A stretch of DNA of 64,000 bases from Candidatus Fimimonas sp. Lineage in GTDB: Bacteria > Bacillota > Clostridia > Christensenellales > CAG-314. A model generated the notes under the pieces. It was not told the DNA's origin, ran no database searches, and worked only from the letters and a program-made list of their open reading frames with translations. The stretch covers positions 97 through 64,096 of the forward strand of contig JAZRHU010000074.1 of assembly GCA_045644945.1 (NCBI GenBank). The letters are read 5' to 3'. The position numbers and the translations under genes are program-made. The stretch's first letter is position 1; each line of letters starts with the position of its first letter. Shown here piece by piece: positions 37,597 to 49,791 of the stretch.

Positions 37597-38070
37597 TTAT
37601 CTTGTGATGCCAGCTTGGTTCAAAATTTCCTTTTGGAGTGCAACCATTTGCTTTTCGTCATCTTCTTCGATGTGGTCGTAGCCAAGCAAATGCAGTAGTC
37701 CGTGCAAGGACAAAAATGCAAGTTCGCGCTTTAGGCTGTGGCCGTACTCCTTGGCTTGTTCCTTGGCGCGTTCCATGCAAATTACAATGTCGCCAATGTT
37801 AACAAGGTCTGTTTCGGGGTTGACATCCTCGCACACCACTGTGATTGCACCACGTGTTGGATTGTCGCAAGTGGGGAAAGAAAGTACGTCAGTAACCTTG
37901 TCCACCTCGCGGAAAGACTTGTTTAGCTCTTGGATTTGTTCGGGGCTAACGATGGAAAGGGACATCTCCAACAATTCGCTTGGTTGGTTGAGGTGTTTGA
38001 GCGCGCGCTCCAACACTCTTTTGATAAATGGCTTGGTAAAAAGTCCTACATTGTCGAAGTAAATTTTCAT
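37597..38070 (-). CDS. ybeY: rRNA maturation RNase YbeY
   Basis: HGLLHLLGYDH zinc-binding motif. Confidence 0.9.
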   Translation of the reverse strand: MKIYFDNVGLFTKPFIKRVLERALKHLNQPSELLEMSLSIVSPEQIQELNKSFREVDKVTDVLSFPTCDNPTRGAITVVCEDVNPETDLVNIGDIVICMERAKEQAKEYGHSLKRELAFLSLHGLLHLLGYDHIEEDDEKQMVALQKEILNQAGITR

Positions 38071-39509
38071 TTGTCACTCTCCATTTTTACGTCTGGGTAT
38101 TTTACACGTTTGTGCTTGATTCCCAAGTAGGTTGTCAAGATTGTTGTTTTGATGATATCAATTTCCTTCATTGTGATGTCGCACTCGGAAAACTGATCGA
38201 ATTCCAAACGTTCCTTTACAATGTTATCCACGATTTTTTCCGCCATGGAAACGTCGTTGGATGCACGCAATGCCGATTCGCACGCGTCACAAATCATCAA
38301 AATTGCGGAAATTTTGTTTTGTGGTTTGGGGCCTTCGTAGCAGTAGCCGTCATATGGCAAAACACCATCGGTGTACTTTTGTGCTTTGAGGTAGAAATAC
38401 TTTAGTGGCAATGTGCCGTGATGCTCGATGATGGCCGATTGCACTTCTGGTGGAAGGTTGTGTTCCTTTGCCAATGCAAGGCCGTAGGTTGCGTGCATCT
38501 TGATCATGGTAACGCTGGCTTCTGGAGTCATTGCATCGTGGGGGTTGGTACCACTAAATTGGTTTTCCGAAAAGTAGGCGGGGTTCTTCATCTTGCCGAT
38601 ATCGTGGTAGTAGGCCGCAGCTCTTGCTTCGACAGCACTTTGACCAATGGCAACGGCGCACGCCTCGGCGTAGTTAGCAACCGTCAAACTGTGGTTGTAG
38701 GTGCCGGGGGCCTTTTGGAAAAGTTGGCGCATAAGCTCGGTATCACTTGTGGCAATTTCGGCATATCTAAAGATGGAAACGATGTTGAACACGCGTTCCA
38801 AAATTGGAACAAGCATAAACATCAACAATACGGAAATTACACCACTACCAAATGACCAAAGCAATTTGTTTACAAGTTCCATCAAATCCCACATGGCACG
38901 CTCAACAAACATCACGTAGCTCATTGCGGCACAAATTGCCGAAACAAGACCAATTGCAAAGCCCATGCCGATGTACTTGATACGGCGGTATTGTCCACCC
39001 AAAATGAACGCTGTAAATACCGCTTCGATAAGTCCACTAAACAAAATGTAGAAGAAGTTTTCCGTAGCCAAACTTGCGTTTGTTTGCCAGTTGATTGCCT
39101 GCATGAAGTACAACATGATAACAACGAAGTTGGCAAAGAAACCAGTACGAGTGGATACAATCAACGACAATGCCAAACTGCACAAAGCAAATGGCACAGC
39201 ATTGTAGCCGTAGTCCCAATTGGATCCCAACCAAATTGCGCAGTAGGAAATTATCATTGTTACGATGGTTGCAAACATTTTGCGGGTTTGCTCCAAAACG
39301 GTTTTGTCCGCAAAGAACACGTAACCACACAATGCAAACAACAAAAACATTGTTGCAACAATTTGAATGAGAATCTTGATGTAGTTAACATTTTCGATAT
39401 CTTGCAATGCGTAAGGCAAAATGGTCAGCAATGAAAATGCAACAAATGCAAGTACGTACAACCAAACTACCCTAGTCCAATTGATGGATTTTTTAATCTT
39501 TTTTGCCAT
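38067..39509 (-). CDS. pgpH: 7TM-HD (HDIG) membrane phosphohydrolase, PgpH/YqfF-like, short form
   Basis: Start at ATG 39509 (MAKKIKKS). Seven TM, then an HD domain with YYHDIGK and IIEHHGT. About 480 aa, so it lacks the long extracellular N-domain of Bacillus/Listeria PgpH. Confidence 0.75.
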   Translation of the reverse strand: MAKKIKKSINWTRVVWLYVLAFVAFSLLTILPYALQDIENVNYIKILIQIVATMFLLFALCGYVFFADKTVLEQTRKMFATIVTMIISYCAIWLGSNWDYGYNAVPFALCSLALSLIVSTRTGFFANFVVIMLYFMQAINWQTNASLATENFFYILFSGLIEAVFTAFILGGQYRRIKYIGMGFAIGLVSAICAAMSYVMFVERAMWDLMELVNKLLWSFGSGVISVLLMFMLVPILERVFNIVSIFRYAEIATSDTELMRQLFQKAPGTYNHSLTVANYAEACAVAIGQSAVEARAAAYYHDIGKMKNPAYFSENQFSGTNPHDAMTPEASVTMIKMHATYGLALAKEHNLPPEVQSAIIEHHGTLPLKYFYLKAQKYTDGVLPYDGYCYEGPKPQNKISAILMICDACESALRASNDVSMAEKIVDNIVKERLEFDQFSECDITMKEIDIIKTTILTTYLGIKHKRVKYPDVKMESDK

Positions 39510-40455
39510 GTTGAACCTCTGTTTCGTAGGCTTTGACAATTTGTTGCACCAATGGATGACGAACAACGTCCTTTTCCGAGAAGTGCATTATGCCAATGTC
39601 CTCGATGTTCTTTAGTATTTTTACCGCGTGCTTAAGTCCGCTTGTGTGACCGCTTGGCAGGTCGATTTGCGTTAGGTCACCTGTGATAACCATCTTGGAG
39701 TTTTCGCCAAGACGAGTTAGAAACATTTTGATTTGCTCCTTGGTGGTGTTTTGCGCCTCGTCCAAAATGATGTAAGCATTGGACAAAGTGCGACCACGCA
39801 TGTAAGCCAAGGGGGCAATTTCGATTGTGCCACGTTCCATCATTTTGCCGTAGGTGTCGATACCCAACATTTCTTGCAATGCATCGTACAATGGCCTGAG
39901 GTAGGGGTTTACCTTTTCTTGAAGGTCGCCAGGCAAAAAGCCCAACTTTTCGCCAGCCTCTACCGCGGGACGAGTCAAAATGATTTTTTCCACCTGCTTT
40001 GCCTTGTAGGCATTTACCGCCATGGCAACTGCAAGGTAGGTTTTGCCTGTACCTGCTGGGCCAATGCCAAAAGTGATGATTTTCTTTTTCATCAAGTCGA
40101 CATACTTCTTTTGGCCGACAGTTTTGCTTTTGATGGGTTTGCCCTTGTGCGTGATGGCAACAACGTTATCCAACAGTTGGTCAACTTCCTCCAGACTGCC
40201 CGCCTTGGCGCAATCGCAAAGGTAGTTAACACGACCGATATCCACCGAGTCGCCCTTGTAGATAAAACTGCGCAGTTTTTGGAGCACTTCGCAAGCCATG
40301 TTGACGTTGTTATCGTCGCCAAGCAAATTGCTTTGGCCATCCGCCATTACAACTTTTACATCAAACGCATTGCAAATTGCTTTGATGTTTTCGTCAAATG
40401 GGCCAAACAACTTGATTAGTTCATCCATTGATTCCACTTCGATTCTTTTGACCAA
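39493..40455 (-). CDS. phoH: PhoH family ATPase
   Basis: GPAGTGKTYLAVAMAV Walker A, ILDEAQN, PhoH C-terminal pattern. Confidence 0.9.
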   Translation of the reverse strand: MVKRIEVESMDELIKLFGPFDENIKAICNAFDVKVVMADGQSNLLGDDNNVNMACEVLQKLRSFIYKGDSVDIGRVNYLCDCAKAGSLEEVDQLLDNVVAITHKGKPIKSKTVGQKKYVDLMKKKIITFGIGPAGTGKTYLAVAMAVNAYKAKQVEKIILTRPAVEAGEKLGFLPGDLQEKVNPYLRPLYDALQEMLGIDTYGKMMERGTIEIAPLAYMRGRTLSNAYIILDEAQNTTKEQIKMFLTRLGENSKMVITGDLTQIDLPSGHTSGLKHAVKILKNIEDIGIMHFSEKDVVRHPLVQQIVKAYETEVQHGKKD

Positions 40456-40467
40456 TGTTTGTTCTCC

Positions 40468-41547
40468 TTAGGTTAGTTCCCTTTGTCCTTGCAAAATGGC
40501 GGTAACGCCACCATTGCTTGTGACAAATTGTGTATTTGTTACTACAAAGTTGCATTTTGAAAGTGCCAATTGTAGTGATTGCTGTGTTAGATCGGCTATG
40601 CACTCGTCAAAGGTGGCTTGCACTGTAACAAGTGCCATTTCGTGATAGGTTACACGTTGCACGCACAAATTGAGTGGGTGCAAGTAGGTGGTTTTGGTTT
40701 CCACTTGATAGTTTGTGTAGCTACACACTCTTCCATAGGTTTTGCCAAACAATACCACTTGAGTGAAAGTTTGGCTGTTGCCCGTTGGTTGCAGTTGCGT
40801 TTTGATGCCGGTGTAGGGAGCAAAAGCGGAAACGCTTTGTACCACTACCACTTTGCCAAGTGCGTACACATCTTCCTGCGTGTCGTCGTTGAATTGTCGC
40901 ACACCTGCAATAAGTACGTCCCCGGTTTTTACGATGTCACCCGCCTTAACAAGGGGTGTGCCTTGCTCGCACAAAATGCTTTTGATAACACCGTTGCATG
41001 TTGCAACAATGTCCCTGCGCTTGTGCATGTCGATGGGCTTGTTAATTTGCTTTTTTGCAATGGTATCCACGTACAAAATGCTACCTTTGCGGGTTACAAC
41101 GGCGTACATCACATCCAAGCGTGTGGCAAGGGCATTTTCCAGATGGTCGATGTTGATACCCTTCAAATTGGTGCCAACGTTAACACCAAGGGCGTCCATT
41201 TGCGCCACTACCACATCCGTTGCGACATCGCCAGTTACCACAATTTTGCAACAAACATTGGACAACACAGCACATCCAACCACCATCAAAATGATGGCCA
41301 AAATCAGCACAAAATGTCCTTTTGCAAAGGCAAGCCAAGTTGTGCTACCAAAATTTTGAACCTGTGTGACGGCATAGTTGCGGTCGCTGAGAATACCAAG
41401 CAAAGCTTTTGCATCCTTGTGTTGTACTGTGATGGTGCAGGTTTGTCCGCATTTGGTAACGGACAGTAATTTTAGACCGCTTTTGCAAAGATAGTTTAGT
41501 AGTCTTACAATATTCAATCCGCAAAAGGTAACTTTGGTGTAACTCAT
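40468..41547 (-). CDS. yqfD: Sporulation protein YqfD
   Basis: Synteny yqfC-yqfD-phoH; N-terminal VTFCGLNIVRLLNYLCKSGLKL plus a single central TM. Confidence 0.75.
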   Translation of the reverse strand: MSYTKVTFCGLNIVRLLNYLCKSGLKLLSVTKCGQTCTITVQHKDAKALLGILSDRNYAVTQVQNFGSTTWLAFAKGHFVLILAIILMVVGCAVLSNVCCKIVVTGDVATDVVVAQMDALGVNVGTNLKGINIDHLENALATRLDVMYAVVTRKGSILYVDTIAKKQINKPIDMHKRRDIVATCNGVIKSILCEQGTPLVKAGDIVKTGDVLIAGVRQFNDDTQEDVYALGKVVVVQSVSAFAPYTGIKTQLQPTGNSQTFTQVVLFGKTYGRVCSYTNYQVETKTTYLHPLNLCVQRVTYHEMALVTVQATFDECIADLTQQSLQLALSKCNFVVTNTQFVTSNGGVTAILQGQRELT

Positions 41548-41837
41548 TGTGTTACCTCAACAGCGTGAATTGTGCCCACAACCACCGCAAAGCGGTTATC
41601 TAGGCATTTGATTTGCAAGTTGCTCCCAACAACAATCAAACTGCCTTTGCCCACCTTGAAAGATACTTTGCAAGTTGAGTAGTCCAAGATACCCTTGTGC
41701 CCTTCCAAAACGATAGTGTTGCCACCAAAGACGGAGTATTTGTAGGTGACAAGGGAAGTTAGTTCCTCGCCACAAATTTTGTTGATACAGCTTGTAAAAG
41801 AATTATTCATACCCTTAGTATATGATGGGGTATGCAA
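41544..41837 (-). CDS. yqfC: Sporulation protein YqfC (YabP/YqfC family)
   Basis: About 95 aa with the pattern VLEGHKGILDYSTCKVSF...LIVVGSNLQIKCL; 4-nt overlap with yqfD. TTG start at 41837, or alternative ATG at 41810. Confidence 0.7.
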   Translation of the reverse strand: MHTPSYTKGMNNSFTSCINKICGEELTSLVTYKYSVFGGNTIVLEGHKGILDYSTCKVSFKVGKGSLIVVGSNLQIKCLDNRFAVVVGTIHAVEVTQ

Positions 41838-41847
41838 TTTTTTACCT

Positions 41848-44325
41848 TTACAGTTGAGTGATTTCCAAAACAGGGTAGCCTTGCGCTTCTACGGCGGACT
41901 TCAAGGTATCAGCCATTTCGCAAGTGGTTGTAACTTGGGCGTACTTGCCTTCCAAACTTACAACAACTTCGGTAACGTTTGGCAATGCCTTCAAGGTGTT
42001 TTCCACACGACCTGTGCAATGTGGGCACATCATGCCTTGTATCGTTAGTTGATATTTCATAGTTATCTCCTTTGGTGGAAGTTGTTGCTCCACCAATTTG
42101 TGTTTTGCTTTGAAAAGGTTAAGTCGCAATGCATTGGTTACCACAAACAAGCTTGAGCAAGCCATTGCAAGTGCGCCAAACATTGGCACAAGCTTGATAC
42201 CAAACGCGGGATACAACACGCCCGCTGCAAGTGGGATACCAAGTGCGTTGTAGAAAAATGCCCAAAACAGATTTTGTTTGATGTTTTTGACAGTTGCCTT
42301 GGAAAGTTTTATGGCGGTTGCAACGCTTTGAATGTCGTTGTTTACCAAAATTACATCGGCACTATCAATGGCAATGTCGGTACCATTTGCAACGGCAAAG
42401 CCAACATCGGCAGTTGCAAGTGCTGGGGCATCGTTGATACCATCGCCCACCATTGCAGTGACGGAAGTTTTCTTCAAGTCGGCAACAACTTGCGCCTTTT
42501 GGTCGGGTGTTACATCGGCAACGTAGTCGTCAATGCCCACAATGCTACACACTTCTTGTGCGGTGTGGGAGTTGTCACCAGTAAGCAGTACTGTTTTGAT
42601 ACCAAGCGCATTTAGCGCATCGATGGCAAACTTGGATGTTTCCTTGATTTGGTCACCCACAGTAACAAGTCCGTAAAACTCGTTGTCGCGTGCAACAATA
42701 AGCAAGGTTTTGCCCTTGTGTTGGGATAGGTCGGTTGAAATAGTTACACCGCACTTGTCCATCAGCTTTTGGTTACCGATTGCGTAGTTGTGACCATCTA
42801 CAACGGCAGTTACGCCGTGGCCTGCAATGGTTGCAAACTCTGTTGGAGTAGCCAAAGTGATGTTTTTACTTGTCGCATAGTCCACGACTGCTTTGCCAAG
42901 TGGATGCTCGCTTTGTTTTTCGATTCCGGCAACGATGGACAAAAATTCCGCTTGGTTGGCATTTGTCACAACACTTGCAACTGTTGGTTTACCCAAAGTT
43001 ACTGTGCCGGTTTTGTCTAGCACCACAGTTTGCACTGTGGAAAGTTTTTGCAAAATTTCGCCATTTTTGATGAGTATGCCGTTTTGTGCGCCTTTGCCTG
43101 TTGCAACCATCAATGCTACCGGTGTTGCAAGTCCAAGTGCACATGGACAGCTGATAACAAGCACAGATATTGCAAAGTCCAACGAATTGAACAACGATTT
43201 GCTTGCAACAAGCCACACCACCAGTGTCACAAGTGAGATTGCCATAACCACCGGTACAAACACCGATGCAACCTTGTCGGCAAGCTTTTGAATGGGTGCT
43301 TTGGATGTGCTTGCGCTTTCCACAAGGGAGATAATTTTGGATAGCGTACTTTGCTCGCCAACGGATGTCACTTGGATTTGCACATATCCGCTAACGGCAA
43401 TGGCACCGCCAACAATCGTTTCGCCCACTTGTTTTTCCACAGGAATGGGTTCGCCTGTTAGCGCACTTTGGTCAACAAAGCAACTGCCTTTGACAATGCG
43501 TCCATCGCAAGGGATTGTCATACCCGCCTTGACTACTACAACGTCGCCCACCTTGATAGTTTGGCTGTCTACTGTTGTTTCCACACCATCAACAAGCAAA
43601 ATTGCGCTTTTGGGTGCAAGGTTCTTTAACTTTGCAAGCGCATCGCCAGTTTTGCGTTTGGAGTTGTTTTCCAAGTGCTTGCCAAGGTTGACAAGTGCCA
43701 AAATCATGGCGGAGGACTCGAAGTAAAGTTGATGATGGTACATTTCTACTGTTGCCATATCCCCTTTGCCAATGGCGCTACCCACCATAAACATGATGAT
43801 CACGCCATAGATTGCACCAGCGGCGGAGCCAACGGCAATAAGGCTATCCATGTTGGGGGAACGACTAAAAAGTCGTTTGAATCCAACAATAAAGTAGCTA
43901 CGGTTGATGTACCACACAGGCAAACACAACAGCAGTTGCACGAGCGCAAAGTTGGTTGCATTTTGTGCGCCATCCAAAAAGCTTGGCAATGGCAGACCTA
44001 CCATGTGGCCCATTGCAACGTACATAAGCACCAAACACAACACAAGTGACGAAATAACTCGTCCAAGTGTGATTGTGCCATCATTTTGTTTTTTGTTGGT
44101 ATTTTGGGTGGAAGGTGCGTCATTTCCAAACACCGATGCACCATATCCAGCGTGAGTTACGGCATTGACGATGTTTTGTGCATCACAACTGTGCTCGCAA
44201 ACCATGGAGTTGGTAAGCAAGCTCACATTGACGGATGTGACACCCTCTATTTTTGCAACGGCCTTTTCCACGTGGGCGGAGCAAGCCGAGCAAGTCATGC
44301 CGGTAACGTTAAACTTTGTGGTCAT
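41848..44325 (-). CDS. copA: Copper-translocating P1B-type ATPase with HMA domains at both termini
   Basis: N-terminal GMTCSACSAHVEKAV, CPC motif (SCPCALGLATP), DKTGT, GDGINDAP, C-terminal second HMA GMMCPHCTGRVENTL. Start at ATG 44325 (after AGAGGA), or alternative ATG at 44340. Confidence 0.9.
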   Translation of the reverse strand: MTTKFNVTGMTCSACSAHVEKAVAKIEGVTSVNVSLLTNSMVCEHSCDAQNIVNAVTHAGYGASVFGNDAPSTQNTNKKQNDGTITLGRVISSLVLCLVLMYVAMGHMVGLPLPSFLDGAQNATNFALVQLLLCLPVWYINRSYFIVGFKRLFSRSPNMDSLIAVGSAAGAIYGVIIMFMVGSAIGKGDMATVEMYHHQLYFESSAMILALVNLGKHLENNSKRKTGDALAKLKNLAPKSAILLVDGVETTVDSQTIKVGDVVVVKAGMTIPCDGRIVKGSCFVDQSALTGEPIPVEKQVGETIVGGAIAVSGYVQIQVTSVGEQSTLSKIISLVESASTSKAPIQKLADKVASVFVPVVMAISLVTLVVWLVASKSLFNSLDFAISVLVISCPCALGLATPVALMVATGKGAQNGILIKNGEILQKLSTVQTVVLDKTGTVTLGKPTVASVVTNANQAEFLSIVAGIEKQSEHPLGKAVVDYATSKNITLATPTEFATIAGHGVTAVVDGHNYAIGNQKLMDKCGVTISTDLSQHKGKTLLIVARDNEFYGLVTVGDQIKETSKFAIDALNALGIKTVLLTGDNSHTAQEVCSIVGIDDYVADVTPDQKAQVVADLKKTSVTAMVGDGINDAPALATADVGFAVANGTDIAIDSADVILVNNDIQSVATAIKLSKATVKNIKQNLFWAFFYNALGIPLAAGVLYPAFGIKLVPMFGALAMACSSLFVVTNALRLNLFKAKHKLVEQQLPPKEITMKYQLTIQGMMCPHCTGRVENTLKALPNVTEVVVSLEGKYAQVTTTCEMADTLKSAVEAQGYPVLEITQL

Positions 44326-44439
44326 TTTTCCTCTTGGCATAGTAGCCGAGTATATCTTGATATATTATTATAGCACTAAATTATATACAAAATCAACCAT
44401 TTGGAAAAATTTACCTGTGCTGTTAGGCAAAATTTGTAC

Positions 44440-44482
44440 AAAAAAAGAGCAATCACAGGGAAAAATCCTCATTGATTGCTCT
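44440..44482 (-). terminator. Rho-independent terminator
   Basis: Minus strand AGAGCAATCAatgaggatttttccctgTGATTGCTCT followed by TTTTTT. Confidence 0.75.
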
Positions 44483-44673
44483 GATAGTTGCAGTTGATTG
44501 CTTTGATGGTTGCAAAATTTGATACTAAAGTATCAAAAATACCTTTGCTATGCAAAAGCGTGTTGATGTACGTTGTTTGAAAATCGTTGACCGCAAACAT
44601 TTGCGTTGCCAATTGCCATACTCATACAGTTTGCAACAAATGCTTACGGACGTTGTTGGTAAAACTGGTCACT

Positions 44674-45615
44674 CTAGATGATGTTGAGCACTTCGTTGAA
44701 CAGGTAGAAAAATCCGTACATAAACAGTTGTGTGCCAAAGTACACCCAAATGGAGTACTTACCACAAAATGTGATTGGGCTAACCCACTTGGAGTTGAAC
44801 TTGGGGAACAGGGTTGTACGTTCCTTGTAGAGGTACTTGCCAAGGAAACCACCCACCAAAAACCAAGCAAAATCGGGGAAAAATGCAAGGTAGTCGCCAC
44901 CCCAAAACTCGCTAAATCCGGGAACGGAACTGCTGTGTTGTGCAAGGAAAAACCAAATGCGGTTTTCGTCCGTCCAAGGTTTTACCTTTGCTTGGTAGCC
45001 AACGATAAGCACTGTGATGATGATGGCAAACATAATCCAGCCGTAAAGGTTGTGTTGCCAATCTTTTTTGAACTTGCTTGTTAGCCACTCCAACCCTGCC
45101 CAAATAAGCACCGACAAGGCAATCACGTGGATAACGTTAAAGTTTACTGTTACGTCCGCACCCAAAATGGAACTTGCAGCAAAAGTTGCAGCGGAAAGTA
45201 GCAAAGCAAAACAAATCATCTTGATGGCGCGTTTGCCGTTGGAGTTGGAAAATGCACAGGATACACCCGACGTGAACACGAACATGGATACAAAAGTATC
45301 GTGTGTTAGTGAGCGAAGTCCGTATGCACTATAGTAGGAGCGAGCAACCTTTTCCAACCATTGGAACAATCCCGTTTGGAAAGGATTGGAACTGCCAAAG
45401 TAGACATCCCACATAAAGTGATCCCACACCACAAACAAAATCATGAATCCGCGCAAAAAGTCCACTTCCCAAATGCGCTTGCGTGGCGCAAGTGAGGTAT
45501 CCTTTTCGAGAGCGGTAACTTCTGCTTCGATTTCCGCTTGGGTTGGTTGAGTTGTTTGTTCCACCACATTTTCTGGTGGAAGGTCTTGTTTTCTTGGTTT
45601 GCGAATTTTTGTCAT
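44674..45615 (-). CDS. DUF1624/acyltransferase-like polytopic membrane protein
   Basis: RIWEVDFLRGFMILFVVWDHFMWD is the motif I associate with heparan-alpha-glucosaminide N-acetyltransferase-like DUF1624 proteins. Acidic, Pro-rich N-terminal tail. Confidence 0.5.
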   Translation of the reverse strand: MTKIRKPRKQDLPPENVVEQTTQPTQAEIEAEVTALEKDTSLAPRKRIWEVDFLRGFMILFVVWDHFMWDVYFGSSNPFQTGLFQWLEKVARSYYSAYGLRSLTHDTFVSMFVFTSGVSCAFSNSNGKRAIKMICFALLLSAATFAASSILGADVTVNFNVIHVIALSVLIWAGLEWLTSKFKKDWQHNLYGWIMFAIIITVLIVGYQAKVKPWTDENRIWFFLAQHSSSVPGFSEFWGGDYLAFFPDFAWFLVGGFLGKYLYKERTTLFPKFNSKWVSPITFCGKYSIWVYFGTQLFMYGFFYLFNEVLNII

Positions 45616-45653
45616 AGTTAGTTACTCTTTTAGGTTAGTTTGTGTAGCATTTT

Positions 45654-45690
45654 GCGCAAAAAAACGCCGACACGTGATTGATTTTTGCAA
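45654..45690. repeat. CACGTG-core intergenic motif copy
   Basis: gcgcaaaaaaacgccgaCACGTGattgatttttgcaa. Confidence 0.65.
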
Positions 45691-45696
45691 GTCAAA

Positions 45697-48179
<2,483 letters not shown>

Positions 48180-48515
48180 GGGGTTTCTCCATAAAATGTA
48201 TTGTAGGCAATGTGCCAAAAAAAGCTAAATTGAGTGCAAAAAAATGCCAAAAGGCAGACTCTCCCCTTTTGCGGAAAGGCCTAGATTGTTGGATATTTCA
48301 CTAAAAAACTATGGGATAACTAGCAAAAACGCCTAGTAAAAATTACAAAATAAAAACAAAACTACTAAATGTACCAACATTATACAACACATTTGCACAT
48401 TTGTCAAATGCAAAAATGTGTAAAAAAGTTGCCTGCTCGTTAAAAAATGCCCATCTTGTGCAAAAACACAAGCAGTTGTGATAAATTTGTTATCACAATT
48501 AGTGTGTTATTTCCG

Positions 48516-48544
48516 TTGACAAAATCCCTCAATATTGTTACAAT
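48516..48544 (+). promoter_or_regulatory. sigma-A type promoter of the riboswitch-controlled operon
   Basis: TTGACA, 17-nt spacer, TACAAT. Confidence 0.65.
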
Positions 48545-48559
48545 AGGTGTACAACTTAA

Positions 48560-48720
48560 TTGATAGAGGTTGCGATTTTTATGACAAGCTCAAGCAGTCA
48601 GGAATTTGTTTGAGTGGTAAAGGAAAAGTCGCCGAAGGTTGTTGCTTGAACCTGAAAGAGCAACTGCCTGGGACTACGTAGAACATGCGTAGGACTGTCG
48701 CTAAACGCGGAGAGCTATCG
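48560..48720 (+). promoter_or_regulatory. Lysine riboswitch (L-box)
   Basis: gATAGAGGttGCGA ... GGTAAAGGaaaaGTCGCCGAAGG ... CTGGG ... gGACTGTCgc ... GGAGAGCTATCg; P1 pairs GATAG with CTATC. Matches my recollection of the L-box core. Confidence 0.8.
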
Positions 48721-48738
48721 CACTTGTTTTGGTTACAA

Positions 48739-48776
48739 ACCGCAATATGCGCTCTCGCTTGTTGCGGTCTTTTTAT
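48739..48776 (+). terminator. Riboswitch expression-platform terminator
   Basis: ACCGCAAtatgcgctctcgcttgTTGCGGT followed by CTTTTTATT. The loop GCGCTCTC can alternatively pair with GAGAGC of the aptamer 3' end. Confidence 0.7.
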
Positions 48777-48875
48777 TGCAAAAAAACGTCAGTTTTTTGG
48801 GAATAAACCTTTTTGTTCCAACAAAAAAACGTCAGTTTTTGGGGAATAAGACTTTTTTATTGCAAAAAGACAAAA
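48769..48875. repeat. Imperfect tandem repeat, about 2.5 units of 40-44 bp
   Basis: ctttttattgcaaaaaaacgtcagttttttgggaataaac / ctttttgttccaacaaaaaaacgtcagtttttggggaataagac / ttttttattgcaaaaagac. Confidence 0.8.
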
Positions 48876-48928
48876 CTCCACGATATGATTATCGATTAGG
48901 TAAGTAATACACAAAGAGGTACAACCAA

Positions 48929-49774
48929 ATGAAACCCATCACAAAAATTGTTACAATCTTGCTAATTGCAACATTGTTTGCATTGACATTGTCCACCTTG
49001 ACAGCTTGTCAACAAACAAAAGACCCCAACAAACTTTACGTTGGTATGGAGTGTGGCTACGCACCATTTAACTACACTCAAAAGGACGACAAAAATGGCG
49101 CAGTAAAAATCAGCAACGCCAATGGTTACGCAAACGGCTACGACGTTATGATTGCAAAGAAAATTGCCCAAGCACTTGGCAAGGAACTTGTAATTGTAAA
49201 GTACGAGTGGGATGCTCTTGTTAACGGCGTTACAACTGGCGCGTTGGACTTTATCATTGCGGGTATGAGCCCAACCGCCGACAGACTTGAGTCCATCGAC
49301 TTTTCCACCGCTTACTACGAAAGTCAACTTGTAATTGTTGTGCGCAAGGATGGCAAATTTGCCAATGCCACAAAGCTTGCTGACTTTGGCGGAGCAAAGA
49401 TTGTTGCCCAACTTGGCACATTCCACGACAAGGCCTTGCAAGAACAATGCCAAGCACACAACATCCTCCGTCAAACTCCAATGGAAACATTCCCAGCCAT
49501 GATCAATGCTTTGAATACAAAGGCAATCGATGGCTACATTGCCGAGGAACCAGGCGCAATTGCCGATTGTGCAGCAAACAGCGCATTTACCTACATTCAC
49601 CTTGTAAACAACTCCACCGGCTTTATTGCCTCTGCCGAGGACGTGCAAATTGCAATTGGTATCCAAAAGAACAGTCCTGTTACAGCGCAAGTAAATGCTG
49701 CTCTTGCAACAATTACCCAAGCGGAACGCGAACAAATGATGCAACTTGCAATCGAGCTTTCCGTTGCTGACTAA
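48929..49774 (+). CDS. Amino-acid ABC transporter substrate-binding lipoprotein
   Basis: Lipobox LSTLTAC; family-3 SBP motifs (DGYDVMIAKKIA, DFIIAGMSPT). Confidence 0.8.
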   Translation: MKPITKIVTILLIATLFALTLSTLTACQQTKDPNKLYVGMECGYAPFNYTQKDDKNGAVKISNANGYANGYDVMIAKKIAQALGKELVIVKYEWDALVNGVTTGALDFIIAGMSPTADRLESIDFSTAYYESQLVIVVRKDGKFANATKLADFGGAKIVAQLGTFHDKALQEQCQAHNILRQTPMETFPAMINALNTKAIDGYIAEEPGAIADCAANSAFTYIHLVNNSTGFIASAEDVQIAIGIQKNSPVTAQVNAALATITQAEREQMMQLAIELSVAD

Positions 49775-49791
49775 TCTTTGAGGACTCTACA

